NCBI GenBank assembly: GCA_964016885.1
Contig: OZ024762.1
Span: forward strand, 744,001 to 808,000
From: Eledone cirrhosa
Lineage: Eukaryota
Reading direction: 5' to 3'
DNA length: 64,000 nt
The notes under the pieces were generated by a model. It had not been told where the DNA came from, did not search any database, and worked only from the letters and a program-made list of their open reading frames with translations. Made by a program: the position numbers and the translations under genes. Below, piece by piece: positions 13,194-25,548 of this stretch. Every line of letters starts with the position of its first letter. Within the stretch, counting starts at the first letter, position 1.

Positions 13194-13387
13194 TCATCAT
13201 TTTACGTCCACTTTTCCCTGCAAGGGTGGGACGGGTCCTATTCAGCACAGCATCTCTCCACTTGTCACGGTCCTTCGTCATCTCCTCCGTGAGTTTCAGC
13301 GACCTGAGGTCTGCTTTCACCACCTCCGCCCATCTTTTACGTGGTCTACCTTTACTGCATCTTCCTTCCTCTGACATTTCTTGGCAC

Positions 13388-13390
<3 letters not shown>
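13190..13390 (-). mobile_element. RTE LINE 3' fragment
   Basis: EEGRCSKGRPRKRWAEVVKADLRSLKLTEEMTKDRDKWRDAVLNRTRPTLA, then a (GAT)n tail; same family as 34836-35310. Confidence 0.85.
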
Positions 13391-13418
<28 letters not shown>

Positions 13419-13571
13419 ATGTGGTTGACGGCTGAAAGGAAGGAGTACTCAATACCGAAGTAGAGTTTTAATATTCAATATTATTAAGGCTAAAAAATGG
13501 AGTTCCACCTGTGATAAACAGGTGGAACTCCAGAGTAACAAGACTCACTATTTAGTTTTAATATAATGAAC

Positions 13572-13667
<96 letters not shown>

Positions 13668-13741
13668 ATATATATATATATCAATATATATATATATATA
13701 TATATAATATAAAATCAAAAGATGGTTAAAAGAGTTCCATG

Positions 13742-13812
13742 TATTTTATTATGCGCATTTCAGAAACAAATATCATCATGGGATAATATTTGCGTTCTCA
13801 TCAGATAAAATA
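13742..13812 (-). ncRNA. Minimal type-I hammerhead ribozyme motif
   Basis: Minus strand reads TATTTTAT-CTGATGA-GAACGCAAATATTATC-CCAT-GATGATATTTGTTTCT-GAAA-TGCGCA-TA-ATAAAATA. Perfect 8-bp stem I and palindromic stem III; the base of stem II is slightly imperfect. Confidence 0.7.
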
Positions 13813-13944
13813 GGGAGACATGATATGAAGCTTAAAAAACACTTGCGAGCAGTGAAGTGTTAAATCAACATATATATATATAGTGTATATATTATATATG
13901 TGTGTGTATATATATAATGTGTGTATATTGTGTGTGTGTGTGTG

Positions 13945-14001
<57 letters not shown>

Positions 14002-14020
14002 CTATATATATATATATATA

Positions 14021-14053
<33 letters not shown>

Positions 14054-14152
14054 GTGTGTATATGTGCCTGTATATATATATGTGTGTATATGTGCCTGTA
14101 TATATATATGTGTGTGTGTGTGCCTGTATATATGTATGTGTGTGTGTGCCTG

Positions 14153-14185
<33 letters not shown>

Positions 14186-14624
14186 CTGTGTATATATATA
14201 TATATATGTGTATGTACATGTGTAGCGACAGTGCCGCAAAAATGTAAGCTAAGCTAATCTACATACATAGTAACTAACTTAGTCAAGTAATGTTAAGTAA
14301 TAAGAATGTAGAGGGAGGTGTTGCGAGAGGGTAAGACATGTAGAGAGAGGGGGGGGGTGAGGATGGTGGCAGATAGTAGATACAATGGAAGGGGGAGAGT
14401 GAAAGGTATTCCAGCTATTTTATTCATGAAAATAATCTTACGTCATATCTGACACAGATTTAGGAGACGTTCACAATGAAGGAAGGAAGGAAGGAAGAGA
14501 GGAATAGCGTGGCGTCATTGATGAAAAAAAAAGGACTCTCTCTCTCTTTCTCTCTCTCTCTCACTCTCTCTCTCTATACACCCTCTTAACCTTCTTTCTC
14601 TTTCTCTCTCTACCCTCTTAACCC

Positions 14625-14665
<41 letters not shown>

Positions 14666-14679
14666 ACCCTCTTAACCCT

Positions 14680-14713
<34 letters not shown>

Positions 14714-15159
14714 CTTCTTAACTTTACTTCTCTCTCTCTTTCTCTCTCTACCCTCTTAACCCTACTTCTCTCTCTCTCTACCTTCTTAACTTTACTTCTC
14801 TCTCTCTTTCTCTCTCTACCCTCTTAACCCTACTTCTCTCTCACTCTCTCTACCTTCTTAACCTTACTTCTCTCTCTCTCTCTCTCTCTCTTTACTCTCT
14901 TAACCCACACTTTCTTTCTTTCTCACTCTCTCTCTACCACCCTGTGTCTTTCTTTCTCTTTTTTCTTTACCCTCCCTCCCTCCCTCCCTCCCTCTCATTC
15001 TCCACCCTCTTTTTCTTTACCCCTCTCCCCTTCCCCCTCTCTCTTCACACCACTTTCTTTCTTTTTCTTCTCTCTCTTATTCCCTTTCATCCTTTGTTGT
15101 TTTTTACATTAATTCTTGTAACTTATTTTTTTTCTTTCAAAACTTTTTCGACTTTTTTA

Positions 15160-15220
<61 letters not shown>

Positions 15221-15652
15221 GTCTCTCTCTGTCTCTCTGCCTGTCTGTCTGTCTCTCTCTCTCTCTGCTTGTCTGTCTATCTCTCTGTCTGTCTCTCTCT
15301 CTCTCTGTCTCTCTCTCTCAGTCTCTCTGCCTGTCTGTCTGTCTCTCTCTCTCTCTGTCTGTCTGTCTCTCTGCCTGTCTGTCTATCTCTCTGTCTGTCT
15401 GTCTCTCTATCTCTCTGTCTGTCTGTCTGTCTCTCTATCTCTCTCTGTCTGTCTCTCTATCTCTCTCTGTCTGTCTCTCTATCTCTCTCTGGCTGTCTCT
15501 CCGTCTCTCTCTCTCTCTCTCAGTGACTCTCATCTCCGAGCCACTTTAGTGTACCTTACAGGGTACACCTTTAAGGTCAAGTAATATGCTTTATGTGAGC
15601 TGTGTGGCCTAGTTGACCTTAATGTTAGCACCGCCCCTCGTAAAGTTATATA

Positions 15653-17959
15653 TGAGGGCCGGCTGAAAAATTCATAGGCTGACTATGAAGGAGTAATGCT
15701 AGAGCTGTGAAATCTTGCATGCATTAATTTCACCTATTGCATTGTTTCTTTCCATGGACTTTGTTGAAAAATAAACCTCATTTGGTCATTCCATGAGAAT
15801 GTCCACCCCTCAACTGGTCCACCTCTCAACTGGTCCACCCCTCAACTGGTCCACCTCTCAACTGGTCAACCCCTCAACTGGTCCACCCCTCAACTGGTCA
15901 ACCCCTCAACTGGTCAACCCCTCAACTGGTCCACCCCTCAACTGGTCAACCCCTCAACTGGTCAACCCCTCAACTGGTCAACCCCTCAACTGGTCAACCC
16001 CTCAACTGGTCCACCCCTCAACTGGTCAACTCCTGAACTGGTCAACCCCTCAACTGGTCCACCCCTCAACTGGTCCACCCCTCAACTGGTCAACCCCTCA
16101 ACTGGTCCACCCCTCAACTGGTCCACCCCTCAACTGGTCAACCCCTCAACTGGTCCATCCCTCAACTGGTCCACCCCTCAACTGGTCCACCCCTCAACTG
16201 GTCAACCCCTCAACTGGTCCACCCCTCAACTGGTCAACCCCTCAACTGGTCAACTCCTGAACTGGTCAACCCCTCAACTGGTCCACCCCTCAACTGGTCC
16301 ACCCCTCAACTGGTCCACCCCTCAACTGGTCCACCTCTCAACTGGTCAACCCCTCAACTGGTCAACCCCTCAACTGGTCAACCCCTCAACTGGTCAACCC
16401 CTCAACTGGTCCACCTCTCAACTGGTCCACCTCTCAACTGGTCAACCCCTCAACTGGTCAACCCCTCAACTGGTCCACCCCTCAACTGGTCAACCCCTCA
16501 ACTGGTCCACCTCTCAACTGGTCCACCTCTCAACTGGTCAACCCCTCAACTGGTCAATCCCTCAACTGGTCAACCCCTCAACTGGTCAACCCCTCAACTG
16601 GTCAACCCCTCAACTGGTCCACCCCTCAACTGGTCAACCCCTCAACTGGTCCACCCCTCAACTGGTCAACCCCTCAACTGGTCAACCCCTCAACTGGTCA
16701 ACCCCTCAACTGGTCAACCCCTCAACTGGTCCACCCCTCAACTGGTCCACCCCTCAACTGGTCCACCTCTCAACTGGTCCACCTCTCAACTGGTCAACCC
16801 CTCAACTGGTCAACCCCTCAACTGGTCCACCTCTCAACTGGTCCACCTCTCAACTGGTCAACCCCTCAACTGGTCCACCCCTCAACTGGTCAACCCCTCA
16901 ACTGGTCCACCCCTCAACTGGTCAATCCCTCAACTGGTCAACCCCTCAACTGGTCAACCCCTCAACTGGTCAACCCCTCAACTGGTCAATCCCTCAACTG
17001 GTCAACCCCTCAACTGGTCCACCTCTCAACTGGTCAACCCCTCAACTGGTCCACCTCTCAACTGGTCAACCCCTCAACTGGTCAACCCCTCAACTGGTCC
17101 ACCCCTCAACTGGTCAATCCCTCAACTGGTCAACCCCTCAACTGGTCCACCTCTCAACTGGTCAACCCCTCAACTGGTCCACCTCTCAACTGGTCAACCC
17201 CTCAACTGGTCAACCCCTCAACTGGTCAACCCCTCAACTGGTCCACCTCTCAACTGGTCAACCCCTCAACTGGTCAACCCCTCAACTGGTCCACCTCTCA
17301 ACTGGTCAACCCCTCAACTGGTCAACCCCTCAACTGGTCCACCTCTCAACTGGTCAACCCCTCAACTGGTCAACCCCTCAACTGGTCCACCTCTCAACTG
17401 GTCCACCCCTCAACTGGTCAATCCCTCAACTGGTCAACCCCTCAACTGGTCCACCTCTCAACTGGTCAACCCCTCAACTGGTCAACCCCTCAACTGGTCC
17501 ACCTCTCAACTGGTCAACCCCTCAACTGGTCAACCCCTCAACTGGTCAACCCCTCAACTGGTCAACCCCTCAACTGGTCAACCCCTCAACTGGTCAACCC
17601 CTCAACTGGTCAACCCCTCAACTGGTCCACCTCTCAACTGGTCCACCCCTCAACTGATCCACCCCTCAACTGGTCAACCCCTCAACTGGTCAACCCCTCA
17701 ACTGGTCAATCCCTCAACTGGTCCACCTCTCAACTGGTCCACCTCTCAACTGGTCAACCCCTCAACTGGTCAACCCCTCAACTGGTCAATCCCTCAACTG
17801 GTCCACCTCTCAACTGGTCCACCTCTCAACTGGTCAACCCCTCAACTGGTCCACCCCTCAACTGGTCAACCCCTCAACTGGTCAACCCCTCAACTGGTCA
17901 ACCCCTCAACTGGTCCACCCCTCAACTGGTCCACCCCTCAACAACTCAGCCGGCCCTCG
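15653..17959. mobile_element. Mariner-type MITE inflated by an internal 16-bp tandem array
   Basis: Left end TA-TGAGGGCCGGCTGA, right end TCAGCCGGCCCTCG (no TA after it). The body matches the array-free copy at ~47090-47270 in the opposite orientation. Confidence 0.7.
15801..17942. repeat. 16-bp minisatellite (CTCAACTGGTC[A/C]ACCC)n, ~130 copies
   Basis: CAAC recurs at 15811 and 15827; the array is continuous for ~2.1 kb. Confidence 0.97.
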
Positions 17960-18508
17960 CCACACCAGATGTGAAGGTAACCCTGTAAGATATATAACAA
18001 CTAGATACATCCGGCTTCCTATTCTCAAAAACCTGAACTGATTTCAAAGTTTCAGTGACAGGACTTACAGGTGTCCTGTTTAATGAGATCTGGGCTCACA
18101 CTCACGCCCACGCACACACACACACACATACATACATACATAGACACACACACACTCACACACATAGACAGACTCACACTCACACACACACATGCGCGGA
18201 CTCATACACACAACTATTCAGGCTTATATTATATATTAACACCCACACACATTCACCCTCCAACACCACCAACACCACCCCAACCCTCCAACACCACCAC
18301 CCCAACCCTCCAACACCACCACCACCACAACCCTCCAACACCATCAACAACACCACCACCACCACCACAACAACATCACTACCACCGCAATCTAACAGCC
18401 AAAGCTCAGCCGTCGGGATCCTGAATGTTTTCCTATCACCCACTCTACTACCCCAAGTATTGAGTACTCTGGTTGGTTATGGTCCACCTGGTATCTTACC
18501 ACACCCTG

Positions 18509-18619
<111 letters not shown>

Positions 18620-19437
18620 ACAAAGAGTGTGTGGTAAGATACCAGCTAGATTCCCACCGTTTTAATACTGGTAGCTTAGATCTAGCTGTTGAAATGGCTG
18701 GAGCTCAGTTGTCGGTGGTGGTGGTGGTGGTGGTGGTGGTATGGTGATGGTGATAGTAGTGTCAGTCGTGGTGGTGGTGGTGGTGTTGTCTATAGTGGTA
18801 GTCATGGCTGGAATCTATCAAAACTCTATTCAGTATCTCTATTTACCTTTTAGCTTCATCCCATTAACCAATTGTCATGCAGGTAAATGGACAGTTTTTG
18901 CAGGTGTGTATGTGTGTGTGTGTGTATGTATGTGTGTGTGTGCGTGTGTGTGTGTGTATATATGTTGTCTGCATGTGCATGTGTCTGTTGTGTGTGTGTC
19001 TGTGTATGTGCTGTGTGTATATGTTTGTGTGTTTGTCTTAGTGATATGTGTTTGTGTGTTTATACACAAGTGTGTGTATGTTTGAGTCTTTTCTTCAACA
19101 ATAGTTAAGATGTTGCTATTGTTGTTGTTGTTGGCTACTTAAAGCCCCCCCCCCCCCCCCCTCCGGCCTTGACCCATCACAACTGACCATTAGACTCTAG
19201 AAAGTTACAACATGCCTGGGCAAAGAGCTTTGTGGAAGACCACACACACACACACATATGTACATATATTTATATACACCCGGACAATGTCTCCGTAAAC
19301 AACAACTCTCTACTTGAGTGGGTTATGGAGTCCAAATCCTGATTTGAAAGTGTTCGCCAGGTGGAGCTATTAAGTTAGATACAACCTGGGCCAATACTGG
19401 CCGAAACCTATCAAAGTTTTACCAGTTTAGCAGTATC

Positions 19438-19590
19438 ACTGGAGCAACATGAAATAAAGTGTCTTTCTCAAGGACACAGTGGACTGGAGCAACGTGAAAT
19501 AAAGTGTCTTGCTCAAGGACACAACACACCAGCAGGAATCCAATTCACAACCTTACAACTGACAACTAATCAACCCTAACCATTAAGCCC
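19438..19590 (-). mobile_element. SINE family A-like head fragment
   Basis: ACTGGAGCAACGTGAAATAAAGTGTCTTGCTCAAGG...AACCCTAACCATTAAGCC, the reverse complement of GGCTTAATGGTTAGGG. Confidence 0.65.
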
Positions 19591-20070
19591 TCCCCATTAG
19601 TACAGTAACTGCCATAAACAACACTGACTTAACAACCCTAACCACTAAGCCCTCCCCATTAGTACAGTAACTGCCATAAACAACACTGACTTATCAACCC
19701 TAACCACTAAGCCCTCCCCATTAGTACAGTAACTGCCATAAACAACACTGACTTAACAACCCTAACCACTAAGCCCTCCCCATTAGTACAGTAACTGCCA
19801 TAAACAACACTGACTTATCAACCCTAACCACTAAGCCCTCCCCATTAGTACAGTAACTGCCATAAACAACACTGACTTATCAACCCTAACCACTAAGCCC
19901 TCCCCCATTAGTACAGTAACTGCCATAAACAACACTGACTTAACAACCCTAACCACTAAGCCCTCCCCATTAGTACAGTAACTGCCATAAACAACACTGA
20001 CTTATCAACCCTAACCACTAAGCCCTCCCCATTAGTACAGTAACTGCCATAAACAACACTGACTTATCAA
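19570..20070. repeat. 62-bp tandem array (~8 copies) containing the SINE 5' end and its flank
   Basis: Unit CAACCCTAACCACTAAGCCCTCCCCATTAGTACAGTAACTGCCATAAACAACACTGACTTAT. Confidence 0.92.
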
Positions 20071-20135
20071 CAGGTCAGATAATATCAAGAAGAGTCTTTT
20101 AACAAAACTATATTTACAGTGTTGTGTTATTGCCA

Positions 20136-20208
20136 GCCGAAATAGCTCAGTTGGGAGAGCGTTAGACTGAAGATCTAAAGGTCCCTGGTTCAATCCCGGG
20201 TTTCGGCA
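20136..20208 (+). tRNA. tRNA-Phe-GAA: tRNA-Phe (GAA)
   Basis: GCCGAAATAGCTCAGTTGGGAGAGCGTTAGACTGAAGATCTAAAGGTCCCTGGTTCAATCCCGGGTTTCGGCA is the canonical 73-nt metazoan tRNA-Phe. Anticodon GAA at 20169-20171, no encoded CCA, oligo-T terminators from ~20230. Confidence 0.98.
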
Positions 20209-20310
20209 TCCGGAGGTTGGCACAAATCTTTTTAGATTTTTTTCTTGTTTTTTGACTACCTTGATTAAATCTTAACCATTTAACATCTCAGGGTATGTCA
20301 TGTATCATTT

Positions 20311-20365
20311 TATTTTCTCTGATGAGGACGTACTGTTGTACATCCGAAATATGTATAATAAAATG
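20311..20365 (+). ncRNA. Minimal type-I hammerhead ribozyme motif
   Basis: TTTTCT-CTGATGA-GGACGTAC-TGTT-GTACATCC-GAAA-TATGTA-TA-ATAAAA; paralogous to 37104-37158, including the upstream flank. Confidence 0.7.
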
Positions 20366-20520
20366 TAATTGATCACAGGATGGAATCAGTTTGAAACTGA
20401 TTAGACCATTACTCACCAGAGTACTCAATACTTGGTGTAGTATGGTTATATTATAAAGAATCAGACCCCAAAAGAAATATATATATATGATGATGATGAT
20501 ATATATATATATATATATAT

Positions 20521-20771
20521 TGTTATACTTTGGGAGAGTCATGTTGCCAATAAAAGCACACGCACCTGTTGGTTTTCACTTCAATTTATTATAAGTTTCT
20601 GGTTGGTTAGTTGGTTGGTTGGATAACCGGAAGGTTGTTTATTGTCAAAGCTCTTTCGTCACACATTCTGTGACCTCCTCAGTGACTAGGTTTTCATTTT
20701 CTGTGTTTTTCCTTTGTTCTGTCCTACACCATCTTGTTTTATTGGCAGCATGACCCTCCCAAAGTATAACA
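20521..20771. mobile_element. ~250-bp element bounded by 35-bp inverted repeats and containing a hammerhead
   Basis: TGTTATACTTTGGGAGAGTCATGTTGCCAATAAAA (20521-20555) mirrors TTTTATTGGCAGCATGACCCTCCCAAAGTATAACA (20737-20771). The same module occurs at ~6720 and ~35655. Confidence 0.6.
20644..20686 (-). ncRNA. Minimal type-I hammerhead ribozyme motif
   Basis: Minus strand reads GTCA-CTGAGGA-gGTCACA-GAATG-TGTGAC-GAAA-GAGC-TT-TGAC-AATAAA. Stem II has a one-base register defect. Confidence 0.55.
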
Positions 20772-20939
20772 AAAGCTGTTTCAACATACGTTTTCAAATC
20801 TTGCAAAACAAATTCAAAAGTGAATTATATATACATACTGGGTTGTGTTGGGTTCTTGAGCAAAACATTTCATTTCACGTTGCTCCCACATACTCTGCTG
20901 AAAATGAGTACCAGCAATAGCTGGGGGTTAGCTGGATCA

Positions 20940-21125
20940 TCTCTCTGTTGACCACTGGCTGCTGGTCTCTGTCCTCTGAGACATTATATTTCATCTACCT
21001 GTCACCCACCTTGTGGATTGTCTCTCTGTTGACCACTGGTCACTGGTCTCTGAGACATTACATATCATCTACCTGTCACCCACCTTGTGGATTGTCTCTC
21101 TGTTGACCTCTGGTCACTGGTCCTC
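20940..21125. repeat. ~75-80 bp tandem repeat, ~2.5 copies
   Basis: TCTCTCTGTTGACCACTGG...CATCTACCTGTCACCCACCTTGTGGATTG repeated. Confidence 0.8.
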
Positions 21126-23357
21126 TGAGGCATTTTCGCCCATTGCTGTGTTGGACAGCACTCAGCTGTTTTAACAGCTGTTCTAATGATGAGTTTTCTT
21201 GTTTCATATTAAAAAAAACTCTCACTTCGTTGTCTCGATCATTGTTTTTTCTTTCGTGTACAAATAAATAAACTTTAGTGACAACCTTGAAAAAGACATG
21301 TTAGCCAGTTAAGTTAGGTAAACTCTGATCAGAAGAGAATGTTATACTGGCCGGCCTCTCTTGTTTTATAGGACAAGGTAGAGAAGGTACTGACAATTGG
21401 AAGGTTAGCCATTGTTGCTAAGACAAAGTGAAGAGGGGAGGGTGACTCTGGATTGATAATACACACAGATATAATACTGTCAATATACTTCTATCACCCC
21501 CTTCTCTCTCTTTCTCTCTCTTTCTCTCTCTTTCTATCTATCTCTGTCTGTCAGTTTCTCTCACTCTTTTTCTCTTTATCCCCCTCTCTCTCTAACTCTC
21601 TCTCCTCCTCCCTCCCTCCCACTCTTTCTCTCTCTCTCTCTCCCTGTCACTCCCTCTCTCTGTCTCCTCCATTTTCCCCCTCTCTCCATCACTCCCTCTC
21701 TCTGTCTCCTCTCTCTCTCTCTCCATCACTCCCTCTCTCTGTCTCCTCCATTTTCCCCCTCTCTCCATCACTCCCTCTCTCTCTCTCTCTCCATCACTCC
21801 CTCTCCCCTCTCTCTCTAACTTGTTTAAACTGGTAACTAAAAGAACAATAGCCAGACCAAAATCTCCAACATCCACTGTTGTATATAGAGTACCTTGTGG
21901 TGGTGGTGGTGGTGGTGGAGGTATTGGGGGGGGGGGGTCTCCAGAGAGAGAGGCTAGTTAAAGACTTACCATCAGAGATTGGTGGTGGTGTTGGTGGTGG
22001 TGGTGGTGGTGGTCACTAGAGAGAGAGAGAGGCTACTAAAGACCATCAGAGATTGACCGCCAGCTAATGAGTCTGAAAGCAATCATTATTAATAACCATT
22101 GTTGTAATAACAATAGCAACAAAAACAATTATCATCACTATTATTACTATCATCATCATCATCACTATTATTAATTTTTATTACTATTGTTGTTGCTGTT
22201 GGTGGTGGTGGTGATGGTGGTGGTGCTGTGATGGTGATGGTGGTGGTGGTGGTGGTGCTGTGATGGTGATGGTGCTGTGATGGTGATGGTGTTGTTGATG
22301 TGGTGGTGGTAGTGTTGTTGTTGATGTGATGGTGTTGGTGTTGGTGATGGTGATAGTGGTGATGGTGGTGGTGGTGGTGCTGTTGTTGATGTGGTGGTGT
22401 CATTGTTGTTGTGGTGGTGGTATTGTTGTTGTTGCTGGGGGGGGGGGGTCGTGGTGGTGATGATGTTAGTGGCAGTGGTGGTGGTGGTGGTGGTGGGTGG
22501 TGGTGTTGTTAAGGTTGGGTCAAAGAAGTCCCACAAAAGAACTCTGTGTCTAATGGCCGACAATATCGTCTGCTTTTTTTTCTGTTAAGATTTTATCATA
22601 ATTAAATAACGACGTTTGTTGTTGTTGTTGTTGTTGTTGTCCTTGATATTGTCTGCTGTTGTGAATGATATTGTTGTTGTTGTTGATGTTGAATGTGATG
22701 ATGGTGGTGATGGTGTTGGTGCTGATGATGATGATGATGATAGTGGTGGTCATCATGTTTTTATTGTGGTGGTCTTGTTCCACTAAGCCACTGACCAACT
22801 GGTCAGTATGTATGGAATATGTATTTTGTGGAATATCTTCTTTGAGAAAAAATTAAAAAAATATGAAAGTGAAATATGTTGGAAAGGAATTATTTCAAAA
22901 TAATTGTTCCAATAAACAGTTCACTAGCTGTGGATATTTACGAGTTCCTTGTCTTAAATCACCATTAAAACAGCATTTAAACCAGCCATATCCGGCCAGA
23001 ATTCTCTCACCTCTTTCTGTTTAAACCGACCATATCTGGCCAGAATTCTCTCACCTCTTTCTATTTAAAAGGGCCATAACTGGCCACTTATGTTTAGTTA
23101 TTGTTGTCAAAATAAATAATATCAACATCTCATAGATTTGATATTTTGTGAGATAAAGCCTTTACCACAAATATACAATAGTAAATATAAAGTAATGTGA
23201 ATGCTAAAGAATTAAAACAGCATTTAAACTGGTCATATCTGACTAGAATCCCTCACCTCTTTCTGTTCAAACCAGCCATAACTAGCCATTTATACTTATG
23301 TTAAGGTATTATTCTCAAAATAAATAATATCAAAGTCTCAACAAGGTCTATGATTAA

Positions 23358-23530
23358 CCCTTTAACATTTCATTACTCTATATATACTATTATCTCACAT
23401 AATATCGAATCTACGAGATTTTGATATTATTTATTTTGAGTACAATACCTTAACATCAGTATGAGCTGCTGGTTTGAACAGAAAGATGAGAGAATTCTGG
23501 CTCGATATGGCTGGTTTAAACAATAAAAGG
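23358..23530 (+). mobile_element. piggyBac-type MITE (short form)
   Basis: TTAA-CCCTTTAACATTT...AATAAAAGG-TTAA. Further partial copies lie at ~22965-23340 and ~56165-56260. Confidence 0.75.
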
Positions 23531-23792
23531 TTAACCCAACGACCCTACAAAGTAGGCCGACATGTTAAGGAAATTGCTGGGTCGGTCGTTGACCATGATA
23601 GCAAATGTTGGTACGAGGCGCCATCTTGGTATTTCCCACATCAGTAGAACTAATGAAATAAAACCTCATGTCTTGAGCTCAACCAAAAAGGTAACTCAAA
23701 ACAAACAAACCTCGTTTATAAACAACCTCACAACTTAGGTCAAAATATTGTCATATATATATGTATATATATATATATATATATACACACAC

Positions 23793-23827
<35 letters not shown>

Positions 23828-23872
23828 TACACACACATATATATATATGTATATATATATATATACACACAC

Positions 23873-23919
<47 letters not shown>

Positions 23920-23951
23920 TACACACACATATATATATATGTATATATATA

Positions 23952-24048
23952 CAGGGTGTCCCAAAAGAATGTATACACACATTAATTACCTGTACAGGCA
24001 ATATTTATTAGAATGCTTTTGAAGTCTGTATACATTTTTTGAGACACC
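23952..24048. mobile_element. ~95-bp Tc1/mariner-type MITE (CAGGGTGTCCC termini, TA flanks)
   Basis: TA-CAGGGTGTCCCAAAAGAATGTATAC...GTATACATTTTTTGAGACACC-TA. Copies at ~38932-39024, ~46145-46216, 55632-55708 and partial at ~43762-43845. Confidence 0.75.
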
Positions 24049-24218
24049 TATATATATATATAGAGAGAGAGATTTTGAGTTTATGTTGGTTGTATGCCAA
24101 CACCTCAGTATGCAGGCTGGAGCACTCGACGAAGTGCGCAGGTTGGTTTGGTTACTCCGGAGTAGTGTAAAATAAAGTTAAATAAAAGTCAAATGATTAA
24201 AATTTAGCTTCGTTTATT

Positions 24219-24273
24219 ACTGCTATATATATTTCAGTGACAGCCATCTTTGGCTGTGACCTCTTCAGGCAGT
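24219..24273 (-). ncRNA. Minimal type-I hammerhead ribozyme (cleanest copy)
   Basis: Minus strand reads ACTGC-CTGAAGA-GGTCACAGCCA-AAGA-TGGCTGTCACT-GAAA-TATATA-TA-GCAGT-AATAAA. Intact core, 5-bp stem I, 11-bp stem II with one mismatch, palindromic stem III and an AUA cleavage triplet. Confidence 0.8.
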
Positions 24274-24960
24274 TTGAATTAGTATGGTATAGACAAGTAC
24301 ATATGTTGTTTAGGTGTATGATATTGTTAATACTCTGATATGCCCAGTTCCTTGTTGGGTTGTTAATTCACTGGGGAACTGAAGTCATATGAATTCAAAC
24401 AAACGAATTTCAGTGTCACAGGTCCCCTTCTCTCATTGGTCAGTTATTAGAACATTCCTCATTCTAAATGTTGTTATTGTTGGAGTTAGCTTAAAAATTG
24501 ATAAAATGGTAGAAGGGACAAGGTGTTAAAGGAACAAAATAACAAAAAAAGTGTCAAACTTCCCATTGTTCAGTTCTGAGAGCATTCCTCAGTCAGAAGT
24601 CTATAGAATTCTTTCTGGGGTGAGGCTCCCTGTAGTGTTTTTGCCTGCTATTGTTCAGTACATTTGACCTCCACCATTATTTTGGTACTGTTGTTGTTGT
24701 AGTGGTCAGTTTATATCTTGCTGCTGCTAACAATTTAGAAGTATCCAGTTTGTGTTTTTTTTTTTGTTTTTTGTTTTCCTTCATCCCTCCCGCCACCATC
24801 GTAGTGGTGGTGGGGGGGGGGGGTTCTTTCATGTATATGAAGAAATATAAGGCAATAAATGAAGAAAACAGAAAATAAATAAATAATATAATAAAATAAT
24901 TAATATAATTTGTGTAATTTGCGTGCCTAGATTAGGGTTCTCATTATGTGTTACATTATG

Positions 24961-25426
24961 TGAGAACCCTAATCTAGGCACGCAGAGGCCGACCACCCTC
25001 TGCAACTGCAGAAACCCTGAATCATGCCCCCTTGGTAATGAATGTCTCGAGAAGAACCTAGTGTACGGTTGTAGGGTTAAAACCCCCAACTCCGAACACC
25101 TCTACATAGGAGCCACATCAACGAGCTTTAAGGACCGCTGGTACAACCATCGCCATTCATTCAAGAAGGAGGCCAAAAGGAAAAGCACAGCTCTCTCCGA
25201 CCTGATCTGGAAGCTTAAGCTGGACAGGACCCCATACTCTCTGGCCTGGTACATAATCAGGAAAGTACCACCCGATAAAGGGGGATCTTGCATATGCAAA
25301 CTATGCCTGAACGAGACCCTCGAGATACTAAGAGGTGGAAGCGGCCTGATAAACCTCAAAACCGACTTCTTCGGGACATGCAGACACCTTAGAGCCGGGA
25401 CCTTTCTCAAGATATATGGACAGTAG
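24961..25426 (+). pseudogene. GIY-YIG endonuclease domain of a Penelope-like element (possibly Naiad-type)
   Basis: CNCRNPESCPLGNECL-x3-LVY...LYIGAT...FKDRWYNHRHSF...STALSDLIWKLK...W.II...CKLCLNE. It shows the GIY/YIG motifs, conserved R, H and E, and Cys motifs on both sides. The RT domain is absent. Confidence 0.85.
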
Positions 25427-25548
25427 CAACACAAGAAGATGTGAACTCCCCTCAAGCTATAGGGACTTCTACAGAACATGAAAACACCTCTCGGCCAGAC
25501 CTCCCTCAAGCTATATGGGCAATAACAACACCCTAGGTTGTGAAATAA

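Noticed and set aside
19570-20070. Telomeric CCCTAA motif in the unit (also CTTAACCCTA at 14.6-14.9 kb)
   Set aside because: One hexamer per unit, explained by the SINE head; there is no (TTAGGG)n tract.
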